Of a DNA stretch of 64,000 nucleotides, positions 24,780 through 38,892 are shown piece after piece (within the stretch, counting starts at the first letter, position 1; each line of letters begins with the position of its first letter). Under the pieces are notes generated by a model. It saw only the letters and a program-made list of their open reading frames with translations. It did no database searches and had not been told where the DNA came from. Origin of the DNA: Mobula hypostoma (lineage: Eukaryota); the NCBI RefSeq assembly GCF_963921235.1, contig NC_086108.1, positions 77,688,001 through 77,752,000 on the forward strand, read 5' to 3'. Position numbers and translations under genes: made by a program.

Positions 24780-26515
24780 GTAAATTGATCTATTAATGTC
24801 ATGAGTACAGAGACAGAGTGAAAATCTTTATGTTATATTCCATCCATACAATTCACTTCATTATAATAGTGTATTGATGTAGTAGAAAGGAAAACAATAA
24901 CAGAATGCAGAATAAAGTTACTATTACAGAGAAAGTGAACTACAGGCAGACAATAAGGTGCAAAGCCATAATGAGATAGATTATATGGTCAAGAGCCCAT
25001 CTTATTGTACTAAGGGATCTTTCAATAGTCTTATAACAGTGGGATAGAAGCGATCAATAAGCCTGTCAGTACATGCTTTCAAGCTTTTTCATCCTCTGCC
25101 TGATGGGAACAGGGGAGCAGAGAATGTCTGCAGTTGGTGGGGTTTTGATTATGTTGTCTACTTTACAGAGACAGTGAAATGTGCAGACAGTCTATGGAGT
25201 GAAGCTTTGTGATGTTCTGAGCTGAGTTCACAACCCCCTGCAGTTTCCTGCAGTTTCAGGCAGAGCAGTTGTCGTAGCAAATCGTGATGCATCCAGGTAG
25301 GCTGCTTTCAATGGTACATCATAAAAGTTGATGAGGGTCAAAGGGGACTTGCCAAATTTCTTTTGCCTCCTGTGGAAGTAGAGGTGGTGGTATGATTTCT
25401 TGGCTGAGGTTAAATCAGGACAGACTGCTGTTGATGTCCAAGGAGCTTGAAGCTTTCAATCATCTTGACCTTCAGCACTTTTGATGTAAACAGGAGCGTG
25501 TGCACTACCCCCAATCCCTAAAGTCAATGACCAGCTCCTTTGATTTTGCTGACATTGAGAGAAAAATTGTATCTTTACACCATGCCACTAGACTCACGAT
25601 CTTCTCCTTGTACTGCATCTCATTGTTATTTGAGATGGGGCCCACTACATCTATAAATGTAGATGGAGTAAGAGCTGAATCTGGCCATACAATCGGATGT
25701 ATAGGGAATAGAATAAGAAATGGAGGACGCAGCCTTGTGGGTCTCCAGTGTTGAGGACAATCGTGGTGGAGGGTGCTGCTTATTCTTAATGATGGCGGTC
25801 TGTAGGTCAGCAAGTTAAGGATCCAGTTACAAAAGCTCCTCCATCGTGGAGACCACCTTTTTGAGGCACCACCTCGTGAAGATCGCCTTCTTTCTAACAG
25901 TAGGAAACATTGTGTCCGTGATGAAGCTAAAGAGAGTCTACAACCGTCTTGTGATCCTGTACTCTGGAGCCTCCATACTAAGCTGTGATGCAATGAATCA
26001 GAAATCCCTACACCATACACCTCAGACATTTGTAAGAGTCTCTGGTGACATACCAAATCTTCTCAAGCTCCTCATGAAATAGAACTGCTGTGGCGCCTTC
26101 ATTGCGGTTGAAGCGATGAGTTGGGCCCAGGATAAGTCTTCAAAGATGTTGATTCCCACAAACTTAAGGCTGCTCACCCTTTCCACCACTGAACCCTTCA
26201 TGAATACTGGTGTGTGTTCTCACAGTTCCCCCTTGCTGAAATCTACAATTAATTATTTGGTCATGCTGATGTTGAGTACAAGATTGTTGTTATGACATCA
26301 CTCAACCAGTGATCTATCTCACTCCTCTACACCTCCGCATCGCCATCTGATATTCTACCAACAACAGTTATTTCATCAGCGAACGTATTGCTATCGGAGA
26401 ATGTATTGGTGGAGTTCGAACTGTGCTTAGCTGCACACTCATTAGTGTGGAAGAGTAGAACAATGGGCTAAGCACCCCTCCTTGAGGTGCACCTATGCTG
26501 ATTGTCAGTCAGTAT
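24780..26515 (-). mobile_element. Two adjacent Rex1/Babar RT fragments
   Basis: Minus-strand FCNWILNLLTYRP, SLVAWCKD...KSKELVIDFR, plus a second copy with tcatcagcgaa (FADE) near 26380. Confidence 0.8.
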
Positions 26516-26559
26516 AATGTAGATTCACGCTACTGGTTCCGCAGGTGCTTGACGCCATA

Positions 26560-26990
26560 GGAGGAGACATTGAGTAAACCAAGCCTGTTTCCTTTGGCGT
26601 TTCAAAGAATATGAGGATATTTTATTGAAACTTACGCAATTTTTACAGGGCTCGTCAAGTATGATGGAGAAAGGTTGTCCGTCCTGTTTGTGGAGTCTAG
26701 GACCAGGAAGCATAGTCTCAGAATTTAGGGGTAAGCAATTTAGAACTGAAAGAAATTTCTTCATATGATGTAAGATTAATCTTTCAAATCCTCTGTGCTA
26801 GTGGGTTGTGGAAATCAGCCATTAAGTTTACCAGAAGAACAGTAACTAGAAATCTAGATATTAAGCGAATTAAAAGATATGGGGCTAGTTCAGGTAAGTG
26901 GTGCTGAGGTGGAATATTAGCCATGATCTTAATAAAAACAAGTAACACCAACATCTTAATGGCCTAGACATGTTCTGATTCCTAATGTTC
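26560..26990 (+). mobile_element. Old CR1 3' end
   Basis: Degenerate LGLFPL...DLIE...ggagtctaggaccagg...aatttcttc and a CR1-type tail. Confidence 0.7.
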
Positions 26991-27144
26991 TTGCGTTAAT
27001 ATATGAGTATGGATAGAAGAGTGACTAATTATGAAAAATCTGTGAGCAATGATTAAGGGGTCATTTCTGTATTGATAATCAGCAGCTAGTGCAGGATGCT
27101 TCAGCAATCAGTGTTGGGGCTTCAGTTCCTAATCTAAGTTGATT

Positions 27145-28390
27145 AAACCGATTCAAAAGGGCAACAATTATACCAGTGCCCAAGAAGAGCAGGGTGAGCT
27201 GCCTTAATGATTTTTGTCCATTAGCACTAACACCTACAATGATGAGGTTGGTTATGGCTAGAATTATCTCCTGTCTCAGCATAGACCTGTATCCACTGCA
27301 ACTTGTCTATTGCCACAATAGGGCTACAATGGATGCAATGTCATTGGCTCTTCTTGCGGCCTTGGATCACCTGGATAATACAAATATGAATGTCAGGATG
27401 CTGTTCATTGACAACAGCTCAGCATTTATACAATGATTCCTACAGTTCTGATCAAAAAGCTTCAGAACCTGGGCCTCCATAGCTCCCTTTGCAAGGATCC
27501 TTGATTTCCCAGCTGGAAGACCACAATCTGTGCAGATCGGAAATAATATCTCCACCTCGCTGACTATCAACACTGGCGCACCTCAAGGATGTGTGCTTAG
27601 CCCTCTGCTCTACTGTCTCTACACCCATGACTATGTGGCTAGGCACAGCTCAAATGGCATCTATAGATTTGCTGATGATACTGTTTACAAAATTTCATAC
27701 AGTGACGAGGGCATACAGGAGTGAGATATATCACCTAGTTGAGTGGTGTCAAAGCAACAACCTTGCACTCAATATCAGTGAGAACAAAGAACTGATTGTG
27801 GACTTCAGAAAGGGTAAGAGGAGGGAACACACACAGTCCTCATCGCGGGATCAGAAGTGGAAAGAGTGAGCAATTTCCAAGTTTCTGGATTTCAACCTCT
27901 CTAAGGATCTGTCCTGGATGCAATATATCAATGCAGCTGCAAAGAAGAAGCACTCTGGCTATGTTTCAGAGGGAGTCTGAGGAGATTTTATATGCCACCA
28001 AAAACATTTGCAAATTTCTACAGATGCACCTTGGAGAGCATTCTAACTGGCTACATCACCATTTGGTATGGGTGGAGTCTACTGCACAGGATCAAAACAA
28101 GCTGCAGACAGTTGTAAACTTAGTCAGCTCCATCATGAGCACTAGCATTCATAGTATCCAGGACATCTTCAATGAGCGATGCCTCAAAAAGTACCCTCAT
28201 CATCTCCATCGGGAAAGAGGTACAGAATCCTGAAGGCACACACTCAATGATTCAGGAACAGCTTCTTCCCCTCTGCCATTCAACTTCTGAATGGACATTC
28301 AACCCATAATCACTACCTCACTACCTCATTACCTTTTTTATTTCTATTTTGATTTTGCACTACTTATTTAATTTAACAATTCAATATATA
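27145..28390 (+). mobile_element. Rex1/Babar LINE RT and 3' region
   Basis: [78 protein letters not shown]. Confidence 0.92.
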
Positions 28391-28391
28391 G

Positions 28392-29108
28392 ACAGAATAA
28401 GAGAAGGGCAAAGAAATGGCAGATGGAATACAGTATCAAGAAGTGTATGGTCATGCACTTTGGTAGAAGAAATGAAAGGGTTGAATATTTTCGAAATGGA
28501 GAGAAAATACAAAAAGCTGATTGCAAAGAAACTTGGGAGTCCTTGTGCGGGATTCCCTAAAGTTAATTTGCAGGTTGAGTCTATGGTGAGGAAGACAAAT
28601 GCAATGTTAGCATTAATTTCAAGATATCAAGAATGTAACGTAGAGACTTTATAAAGCACTGGTAAGGCCTCACTTGGAGTAATGTGAGCACATCATAGAA
28701 AAGATGTGCTGAAACTGGAGAGGTTCCAAGGGAGGTTCACGAAAATGATTCCAGGATCAAATGGCTTGTCATGTGAAGAGCATTTCATGGCTCTGGGCTT
28801 GGATTCACTAGAGTTCAGAAGAATGAGGGATGACCTTATTGAAACCTATCAAATGGTGAAAGGCCTTGATAGCATGCGCGTAGAGAGGATGTTTCTTATG
28901 ATGGGAGAGTCTGAGACCAGAGGAAACAGCCTCAGCCTCAGAATAGAGGGGGATCCTTTTAGAACGGAGAAGAGGAGAAATTTCTTTAGCCAGGGAGCAG
29001 TGAATCTGTGGAATTATCTGCCACAGGCAGCTGTGGAGGCCAAGTCTTTATGGATATTTAAGGCAGAGGTTGATAGATTCTTGACTGGTCAGAGCATAAA
29101 GGGATATG
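28392..29108 (+). mobile_element. CR1 ORF2 C-terminal fragment
   Basis: LERFQGRFTKMIPG...LEFRRMRDDLIETY...RRNFFSQGAVNLWNYLP. Confidence 0.9.
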
Positions 29109-29109
29109 T

Positions 29110-32100
29110 CACAGAGACCATGTTCCTGCACTGAGCATGGGTCCTGGTGCAGAAGGTAAAGAGGGAGAACAGGGGAGCGGTAATGATAGGGGACTCAATC
29201 AGAGGAACAGACACAAGATTCTGTCGATGTGAACGGTATGTGAGCAGTACCAGCCGAATAGTATGTTGCCTCCCAGGTGCCAGGGTCGGTGGTGTCTCAG
29301 ATCGCGTCCACAGCATTTTGGAGAGGGAGAGAGAGCAGCCAGATGCCTTGTATTTTGTGGTACCAATGATATAGGAAGGAAAAGCAATGAGATCCTGAAG
29401 AGAACATTCAGACTGCTAGGCAGAAAGCTGAGATGCAGGACCTCCAGGATAGTAACTTCTGGATTGCTACCTGTGCCACGTGCTAGTGAGGGCAGAAACA
29501 GGATGATATGGCAGGTTACTGCGAGGCTGAGAAAGTGGTGCCGGGGGCAAGACCTCAGGTTCTTGGATCATTGGATCTCTTCTGGGGGAGGTCTGACCTG
29601 TACAAAAGTGATGGGTTGCACCTGAACCCAAGGGTGGGGGGGGGGGACTAATATTCTTGCAGACAAGTTTGTTAGAGCTGTTGGGAGGATTTAAAATAAT
29701 TTGGCAGGGGTGTGGGAACCAGACTGAAAGGAGTAGGGTGGGACAGATGGTTTTAAAAAAAGCAAATAAGGCATGCGGTCAGACTGTCAGGAAGGGCAGG
29801 CAAGTGACAGGAGAAAATTGCAGCTAGCAGGGTGAGATTCAGTGCATTAGGGATGCAAAATCAAAAAGGGTAGCAAATACAGCACTCAAAGCGTTATATC
29901 TCAATGCACACAGAGTTTATGGTGGATGATCTTGTTGCACTTTTACAGATTGTCAGTTATGATGTAGCCATCACTGAATTGTGGCTGAAGGATGGTTGTA
30001 GTTGGAAAGCTGAACGTCCACGGTTACACATTGTATCATAGTGATACGAAGGCAGGCAGAAGGGGTGATGTGGCTCTGCTGGTAGAGAAAGCCATCAAAT
30101 CAGGAGGAAGATGTGACATAGGATCGGAAGATGTTGAATTCTTGTGGGTCAAGTTTAGAGGCTGCAAGGGTAAAAGGACCCTGATGGCAATTATATACAG
30201 GCCTCACAACAATAGTTGGGATGTGTACAGAGATTACAACAGGAAACTGAAAAGGCATGTCAAAAAAGCAGTGTTATGGTTGTCACGGGAGATTTTAACA
30301 TGCAGGTCAAATGGGAAAATCAGGTTGGTAATGGATCTCAAGAGAGTGAGTTTGTTGAATGCCTATGAGATAGCTTTTTAGAGTAGTTTATTATTGAGCC
30401 TACTTGGGGATCAGCTGTACTGGATTGGGTTTTATGTAATGAACTGGAGGTGAGGAAACCCTTAGGAGGCAGTGAATCAAATATGATTGACTTCAAATTG
30501 AAATTTGATAGGGAAATAGTGTGATGTAGCAGTATTTCAGTGGAGTAAGGGAAATTACAGGTCTGTGAGAGATGAGTTAGCCAAAGTAAATTGGAAGGAG
30601 TTGCTGGCAGGGATGACAGCAAAGCAGCAATGGCGTAAGTTATTGGGCAAAATGAGGAAGGTGCAGGACAGATGTATTCCAAAATCAAAGAAATATTCAA
30701 ATGGCAAAATAGTACAACTGTGACTGATAAGAGAAGTCAAAACTAATGTAAAAACAAAAGAGACTACATGCAATGAAGCAAAAATTGGCAGGAAAATAGA
30801 GGATCGGGAAGCTTTTGAAACCAACTGAGAGCAACCATAAGAATCATTAGAAGGGAAAAGATGAAATATGAAGACAACCTAGCAATTAATATCAAAGTGG
30901 ATAGTAAGAACTTTTTCAAGTATGTAAAAAACAAGAGATGAGCGTGGATATAGGAATGAGGCTGGAGAAATAATAAAGGGTGACAAGGAGATGGCAGATG
31001 AACTAACTGAGTATTTTGCATTAGTCTTCATTGCAGAAGGCACTAGCAGTGTGCCAGATGTTGTAGGGTGTGAAGGAAGAGAAGTGAGTGCAGTTGCTAT
31101 TACAACAGAGAAGGTGCTCAAAAAGCTGAATGACCGAAGGAAGTACAAGTCACCCAGACCAGATGAACTGCACCCCAGTGTTCTGAAAGAGGTCATGGTG
31201 GAGATTGTGGAGGAATCAGTAATGATATTCCAAAAATCATTGGACTCTGGCATGGTGCCAGAGGAGTAGAAAATTGCAAATGTCACTCCACTCTTTAAGA
31301 AAGGAGGAAAGCAACAGAAAGGAAATTATAGACAATTTAGCCTGCTATCAGTGGTTGGGAAGACCTTAGAGTCAATTGTTAAGTCTGAGGTTATGGAGTA
31401 CTTGGTGACACAGGACAAGATAGGACAAAGTCAACATGGTTTCCTTAAGGGAAAATCTTGCCTGACGAACCTGGTGGAATTCTTTGAGGAGATTACAAGT
31501 AGGATAGATAAAGAGGATGCAGTGGGTGTTATATATTTGGACTTTCAGAAGGTCTTTCACAAGGTGCCACACATGAGGCTGCTTACCAAGTTGAGAGCCC
31601 ATGGTATTACAGGAAAGTTACTAACATGGATAGAGCATTGGCTGATTGGCAGGAGGCAGCGAGTGGAAATAAAAGGATCCTTGTCTGGCTGGCTGCCAGT
31701 GACTAGTGGTGTTCTGCAGGGGTCAGTGTTGGGACCACTTCTTTTTATGCTGTATATCAAGGATTTAGATGATGGAATCAATGCTTCTTAACAAGCATGT
31801 AGATCATATGAAGATTGGGGGAGGGGTAGGTAGTGTTGAGGATACAGGTAGGCTGCAGAAGGACTTGGACAGATTAGGAGAAAGGGCGAGAAAGAGGCGA
31901 ATGAAATACAATGTTGGAAAATGCATGGTTAAGCACTTTGGTAATAGAAATAAATGTGCAAACTATTTTCTAAAAGGGGAGAAAATCCAAAAATTTGAGT
32001 TGCAAAGGGACTTGGGCGTCCTTGTGCAGAACACCCTAAAGATTAGCTTGTAGGTTGAATCAGTGGTGAGGAAGGCAAATGCAATGTTAGCATTTATTTC

Positions 32101-32721
32101 AAGAGGTCTTGAACACAAGAGCAGAGTTGTGATGCTGAGTCTTTATAAAGGCACCAGTGAGGCCTCACCTTGAGTATTGTGAACAGTTTTGGGCTCCACA
32201 TCTAAAAATAGATGTGCTGGCATTGGAGACGTCCAAAGACAGTTCACAAGGATGATTCCGAGAATGAAAAGTTTATCATATGAGAAACGTTTGGTGGCTC
32301 TGGGTCTGTACTCACTGGGATTTCGAAGGATGAGGGGGTATCTCACTGAAACCGTTTGAATGTTGAAAGGCCTAGACAGAGTAGATGTGGAAAGGATGTT
32401 TCCCATGGTTGGGGAATCTAGGACAAAAGGCCACAGTCTCAGGATAGAATGTCATTCATTTAAAATAGAGATGCAGGGAAATTTCTTCAGCCAGAGGGTG
32501 GTACATTTGTGGAATTTGTTACTACAGGCAGCTGTGAAGTGGAACGTACAGGTCATTGGGTGTATTTAAGGCAGAGCTTGATATGCTCTTGACTCGACAC
32601 AACATCAAAGGTTATGGGGAGAAGGCAGGGGAATGGTGTTGAAGAGGGGGAAAAATGGATCAGCCATGATTGAATTCAGAGCAGCCTCGATGGGCCAAAT
32701 AGCTTAATTCTGCTCCTATAT
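29110..32721 (+). mobile_element. Third long CR1 LINE (different subfamily; esterase through RT), pseudogenised
   Basis: [71 protein letters not shown]; tail gggccaaatagcttaattctgctcctata. Confidence 0.95.
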
Positions 32722-32910
32722 TTTTTCTGATAAAATAGATGAAGAGAGTAAATGCACTGTAGCCAAGCTTGCTGACGTTACAGAAATTGATTGGTTAAGA
32801 AGTAGCTAAAATGTTGCAGCTAACAAGTTGAGGGGGGGTACTAGTTGAAGGAAAAATCAGAGAAGCATAGGTTCATAGTAAGGTTAACTGGAAAAAGTGA
32901 AGATGCTGCA

Positions 32911-32998
32911 CACACAAAATACTGGAAGAACTCAGCAGGTCAGACAGCATCTATGGAAATGAATAAACAGATGTTTCGGGCTGAGAGCCTTCCTCAGG
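32911..32998 (-). mobile_element. 88-bp PLE-derived mini-insertion with a hammerhead motif and 18-bp TSD
   Basis: aaaagtgaagatgctgca at 32893-32910 and 32999-33016. Minus strand reads cCTGAGGAaggctctcagcccGAAAcatc. Confidence 0.9.
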
Positions 32999-34214
32999 AA
33001 AAGTGAAGATGCTGCAAGACAAAGAGAGAGATAATGGGACATTAAGTAACACAATGGATGTTCAGGAGAGACATATTCCGTAGATCCTGGAAACCTTGAG
33101 CAACTCACAAAAAAATGCTGTAGGAATTCAGCAGGTCAGACAGTGTTTCAGCCTGAGATCTCTAATCTATTTCCTTCCACAGAGTTCCTCCAGCAGCTCT
33201 TTTTTTTCCTCCACATTCAAACATCTGCAGTCTCATATGCTGTCATTTTACCAATACACAGTCCCTTGAGCCCATTCAATAGGGCCACAGCACATCTGAT
33301 TATAACTTCATAAACACAAGACATTCTGCAGATGCTAGAATTCCAGAGTAACACATACAAGATGCTCAAGGATATCAGCAGATCAGATAGCATCCAAGGA
33401 TAGGATAAAGAGTCGACAAAGACCCTTTTTCAGGTCTGGGACTGCTAGTCCTGATGCTCCCTAACCTTTTGAGATCCTCCAACATTTTGTATGTGATTGT
33501 AATTTCAGCTCTGCATTTCCACCTAATCCAAATAACCTTTACCCCTTTGCCTATCATTTCCCCACCTGGCTCCACCCACCTACCACCCACAAACATATCC
33601 AATGAGATTTTACAGCAGTTTGTTCTCCATATTCCAGCATCTACAATCCCTTGTGTCTTCTTATCAAGAATCTTAAAAATACTCAAAAGGTGTTTTTTTC
33701 CATTTCCCTTGGAGGAAGAAAGCTCCAAAGACACACAACCATCTTAGAGAAGATATTTCACCTATCTCTGTCCAAAGGATGACCCTTTATTTTTAAACAT
33801 TAACTTCTGTTTCTGATTTCTTTCACAGGAGGTAACATCCTCTCTACGTCCATTCTGCCAAGATTCTTTTCAAATATTTCAAACAGGTTACAAGTCACTC
33901 CAGCACATGAGAGCCTAGCCTGTCTAACTTTCTTTCATAAAGCAACCTGCATATTTGATTTTTACAAGAAATTATTAAATCAGACCACGGATCATTTCTC
34001 CCCTTCCTGGCAACAAATTTCATTTACTGACAGATGTTGTGACAGTACAGACAGAATTCTGTCAAAGTTGTTCTGTGAAATTTAGTATGTAGAGAGCAAA
34101 ACTTTTTTTTAAGAAATGTTCACTCCAGTTTAGCTTTATCCCGAAGTTTACTTCTCAACTGAACCAAACATTATTGTAGTAGTGCATTCGCTTGAGTCGT
34201 GCATGATGTTCTTT

Positions 34215-34716
34215 TAACAGGTGGTCTATTGGTGGGTCTTCAGATGGCTGTAGAGTTTCCATGTTCTGCAGGGTTTCCAGACCTCACAATCCTACCTCCT
34301 TTGCCACTTGCTGATCACTACAGGACTTAATCCGGGATGTTAGGGTGGATTCTCTGAATGGAGAATTGCTGTGCATGACTTTGTTTAACATGGGTAGGCT
34401 GATGCACTGACAGCCACCACAAGGTCCTTGACAGATCTGGTCAGGTCCAGTGGTATGGAATGGAAGGTGACTGGGGACTCTTCACTCCTGCAGTCTTTCT
34501 CAGCCTCCACTGCCATTGTGATGTGTCATCATTTAGGCAGCTCCACTATTGAGGTCTTGTTTCAATGTCTGGAACCTCCCCTTTGACCTTACCACCATGG
34601 GTGACCCCACCAGGAAATAACTGCCAGATGGCTAAACTCAAAATGTCATCATTTTCAGATTCTCTGGAATTCAGAAGCCCTTCACCACAACAATGTAATG
34701 ATCCTCGGAGAAGGTA
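34215..34716 (-). mobile_element. RTE/BovB-like 5' UTR remnant
   Basis: Minus strand gatcattacattgttgtggtgaagggctt resembles the atcaccgccttgtcgtggtgaaggggctt 5' end of RTE/BovB elements. Confidence 0.55.
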
Positions 34717-34799
34717 CAATGGTAATCTTCAGCCATCAAACATATGGGCCAAAAAGCCTCCTCTGCACCAATGATTCTGCCGATCTTCTGGTGGAAAAA

Positions 34800-35040
34800 C
34801 TAGCAGTTTTTCTGACAGCAATTGCTTATTGTTGATAATTGTTCCAAATTTTACCACCTTCTATGAGATGAAGCATTTACTCCATTTCCCTTCAAAAAGA
34901 GATAGTTCTAGCTTTTTTCTAATTCCCTTGGACATAGTTCCCCAGATTGCAGAAATAACTTCTTTCTGATTGATTCCTTTAAATATTTTGAAAAATTTCC
35001 ATTTCTCATCTTTGAGAAGGTAAAGCATGAGAAGAACTTC
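34800..35040 (-). mobile_element. Very old CR1 3' fragment
   Basis: Minus strand FKIFKGI...WGTMSKG followed by CFIS / RVV.IWN-like sequence. Confidence 0.5.
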
Positions 35041-35989
35041 CATCCCATAAACTGAAACCAGTGGTGGCTTTCACATTGTTAATTAGATTTTCCTGTATTT
35101 AGGTAGTTTCTTGAAGCAGTTGGATAACTTCTCAGTTCTTCCAGTTGAAGGAAACAAGTTAAAGTCAGCTGTGAAACCTAGAGCAAAACTCTGAGGTTCG
35201 GCAATAGATAATTTAGGGGATTAAGTAGCTACATGACATTAGTTATGATTTAATTAATTTGTGTAAATTTCTGGAGAAAAGTATTTACATGGAGACATAG
35301 AAAATACAAGAAAGGGCAGGAAGATCAAGCAAGGCTGTAGAAGATAAAGCTCCGATAAATTAGAATAGTTTTAATAGAAGTAATCTCTTCACTGTCTGGG
35401 CTTCACATCAAAAACAGCTCTGTGTTTCTGAAACAGAGATTATTACTTAGATGACGTCTTCTCTTTGGATCATCACCTTGCAGTGGAGAGGCTTGTGGAT
35501 TCCTGAGATCCTAAGAGGGATGCTGACTGGAGTCCAGCCATCTGAATCCACCCCCACCCCACCCCACCCCCAGACCCCGACCCCGACATCCAGTTATGTG
35601 GATTGATCTCTGCAGCTACCTGAGGACCCATCAATAGGTAACCCTTTGGAGGAACATCATACTCGACTTGAGTGATCACACTGCTGCCTTCACATCACCT
35701 TATTCAGTGCTAATGGCCTGATGCAAGATAAACTTCATAATGAAATACAGAATGACAAGAGTCAGCTTAATTGTAAGGCATAAATTGTTTAAGGACTTGA
35801 AAAAGCAAATGAATTTTGCAGAATTGCCAAATCATTCTGTTCTCACTAGCGGTGGAAGTTAAAGTTAAAAGAATTGTGCATAAATACCCACTCTACACTA
35901 GAAGACAGAAATCACTGGAACAGGTCTCTCTTATTTGTGAAATGTTTGTTTGATGATGAACTTAATTAAAAATAAATTACAAAAAAAAA

Positions 35990-36935
35990 AGAAAATATGA
36001 ATCAGTAATTCTATGAAGCATAAATTACAGAATAAATAGTGGAATAAAGGAACAATGGGGTAATATTCATAGGTTCATAGAATGTACGGACATCTGATAG
36101 TGGAGGGGAAGAAGCTGTTCCTGAATCACTGAGCATGGGTCTTCATGCTCCTGTAGTGTTTCCCAGATGTAAATAATGAGAAGAGGACATGTCCAAGATC
36201 ATGACAGCCATAGATATTGATGTGGCCTTCTTGAGGCATTGCCTCTTGGAGATGTCCTCAATGGTGGATTGGATTCTGCTTACGATGGAGCTGGTTAAGT
36301 CTATAACCTGCTGCAGCCGTTTGTGATCTGTGCATTAGAGCTTCCATATCAGGCTGTGATGCAACCAGTCAGAATGCTCTCCATCATACAGAAATAGACA
36401 TTATTAAGAGTCTTTAGTGACATACCAGTCTCTCAGATTCGTCATGAAGTAGAGCTGCTGGCATATCTTTCTCAGGATTGTACCAATGTGCTGGGCCCAG
36501 GACAGATCCTCTGATATGAAGACACTCTGAAGCTTGAAGCTGCTCACTCTTTTCAACACTGGCCCCTTAATGAGGACTGGTGTGTGTTCGCCTGACCTCC
36601 CCCATGCTGAAGTCCACAATCAATTCCGCAGTCTTGCCAACATTGAATATGAGGTTGTTGCTTCAACACCACTCAACCAGCCAATTTATCTCATTCTTGC
36701 ATGCCTCCTCAATGCCATCTGAGATTTTAATAGCAACAGCGGTGTCATCGACGAATTGACAGATAGTGTTTGAGGTGTACTTAGTCACCCAGATTTGAGT
36801 GCAGGAAGAGTAGAGCAGTGGGCTAATTATACATTCTTGAGGTATACCTGTGTTAATTGTCAGTCAGGAGGAGATGTAATAACCAATGTGTACTGATTGT
36901 GATCTCTTGATAAGGGAATCCAGTTGCAGAGGGAG
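35990..36935 (-). mobile_element. Rex1/Babar RT and 3' fragment
   Basis: VSSFKLQSVFISEDLSWAQHI; gtgtcatcgacgaa = FVDDT on the minus strand. Confidence 0.85.
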
Positions 36936-38892
36936 GCTTGCTTTCCTACAAAAAAATGTATTTATGTACTAAAGTACCAATGGCATTTTTATCACTGCCC
37001 ACATATTATTCTATCTAGAGAAAAGAAATTCTATAGCAGGAAAATAGAGGGAGGAAATACCTCAATTTCCTCAAGAGAGATCTGAGAGGAAGATTCAACA
37101 GTGTATTTCAGATCGTCAAAAATAATTCCAGTTTTGTTTCCTTCCTACCTCCCCCTTTGTTAAACCTAGAACTTTTTTCACTTCCAATAGAAGATCTAAA
37201 GCAGTAATTTTGTTCCCTTTCCATAGATGCTGTCTGACCTTTTGAATACTTCCAGTAACTTTTTGTTTGTATTTCAAACTTAATAGTTATTTTAAAGCCT
37301 TTATTGCCTGATCTCCATCTTTTACAAAAGTGAATTGTTTTACATTATTCAGTTGCTGAAAACCTTCACCATTCCTCACCGCCACACCAGAATGTGAGTG
37401 ACATGTGGCCCAAGAATTTGAACACAAAATCACTCTGTGGGAAACCTATAATCTAAACCACTATGCTGCTGGGTTACAGAAGAATTTTGCTTCTCCAGAT
37501 GAATAGTGTTGCAGGGTGGTAAACAAAAGTCATTGCAATTATCTTGAAGAATAAGTATGCCAATTATTGGTATGATTAATCTTGTTGCTCCATAGCCGGG
37601 CCCCAAAGCAAATGAATAATGTTGGATAATGTGAATTTACTCTATAGAAATATCTTCATAAAATTAAATAAGAAGGACCTATTCCAGTGATTTCTCTGGG
37701 TATTTTAAGCATAATTCCTTCAATTTCCACCAATAGTGAGAACAGACCGCTTTGGCAATTCCGCAAAATGCATTCGCTATTCCAAGTTCCTAAACAATTT
37801 ATGCCTTACAAGTAGGCTGACAACTATTGTCATTCTGTGTTTCCTTCTGAAGTTTATCTTGATCCAGGCCATTAGCACTGAACAAGGTGATATGAAGGCA
37901 CTTAACCTATCAGCAGCTAATTACATAGAATTCCTAAAGGGTCCAAATGCCCATGTGATGGTCTAGTTCACTTATAAAGAGGAAGCTGAAAGAATTAGCA
38001 GTAACAAGAAGAAAATAGTTTGGGACATTCAAATATTTACTCCATTCATTTACTAAAGGCCAATTCATAACTCTCCAAAATGTCAGGAGACTGAGACAGG
38101 GTGTTTAATGAGCCATATCTGTTCATGCACTTAAGCCACTGAGAGATGAGCTTGTTTTTTTAAGCCAAATGCTGAAAAATGTCACTGCTTGTATAATATC
38201 TGTTAGCTGAGACCTCAGAGAAGAATTATGCTTGTTTATGACAGAGAAGGTCTTGTTGCAAATTGTCTTCTCCAATGTTTTCCTTTGAACTCTTGTTTAA
38301 GTAAAATAGCTTGTTATTTTCTTAGTAATGAATTGAAACGGCTATCTTTCTTACCCTTCAACCATCGGACTCCTGATGCAGCGTTCACCACAGAAAACGC
38401 TGAGCACAGCCTGTGGATTCAGTTTCAGGGACTCTATCACTCATGCTATCAGTATTATTTATTTACGGATTGATTGATTATATTTGACAGTTTGACTTCT
38501 TTTGCACAATGGTTTCTTGTCAGTTTGTGTGTAGTTTTTCATTGATTCTATTGCACTTCTTTATTCTACTATGAATGCCAGCAAGAAAATGAATCTCAAG
38601 GTAGTACATGTTAACATATGCATACTTTGATAATGAATTTACTTTAAACTTTGAATTTTGATATTTGCCAATCATACCTGCATGCAAGGCCTTTGTATTG
38701 AAAGAATGGTGCACTCAGTAAATCCCAGCTTTCAAATATCTTTTAAGTGTATCAAGGGCTGTAAAATAATGGTCAGACTGGATCACAAATCAACGATCTC
38801 ACTGAATCATTCCTAAACAATTTCCAATTCTCTGATGCTAATCAGATCATCTTTATCATGGGTATCTAATCACTTAGACCTACATCCCTTAT

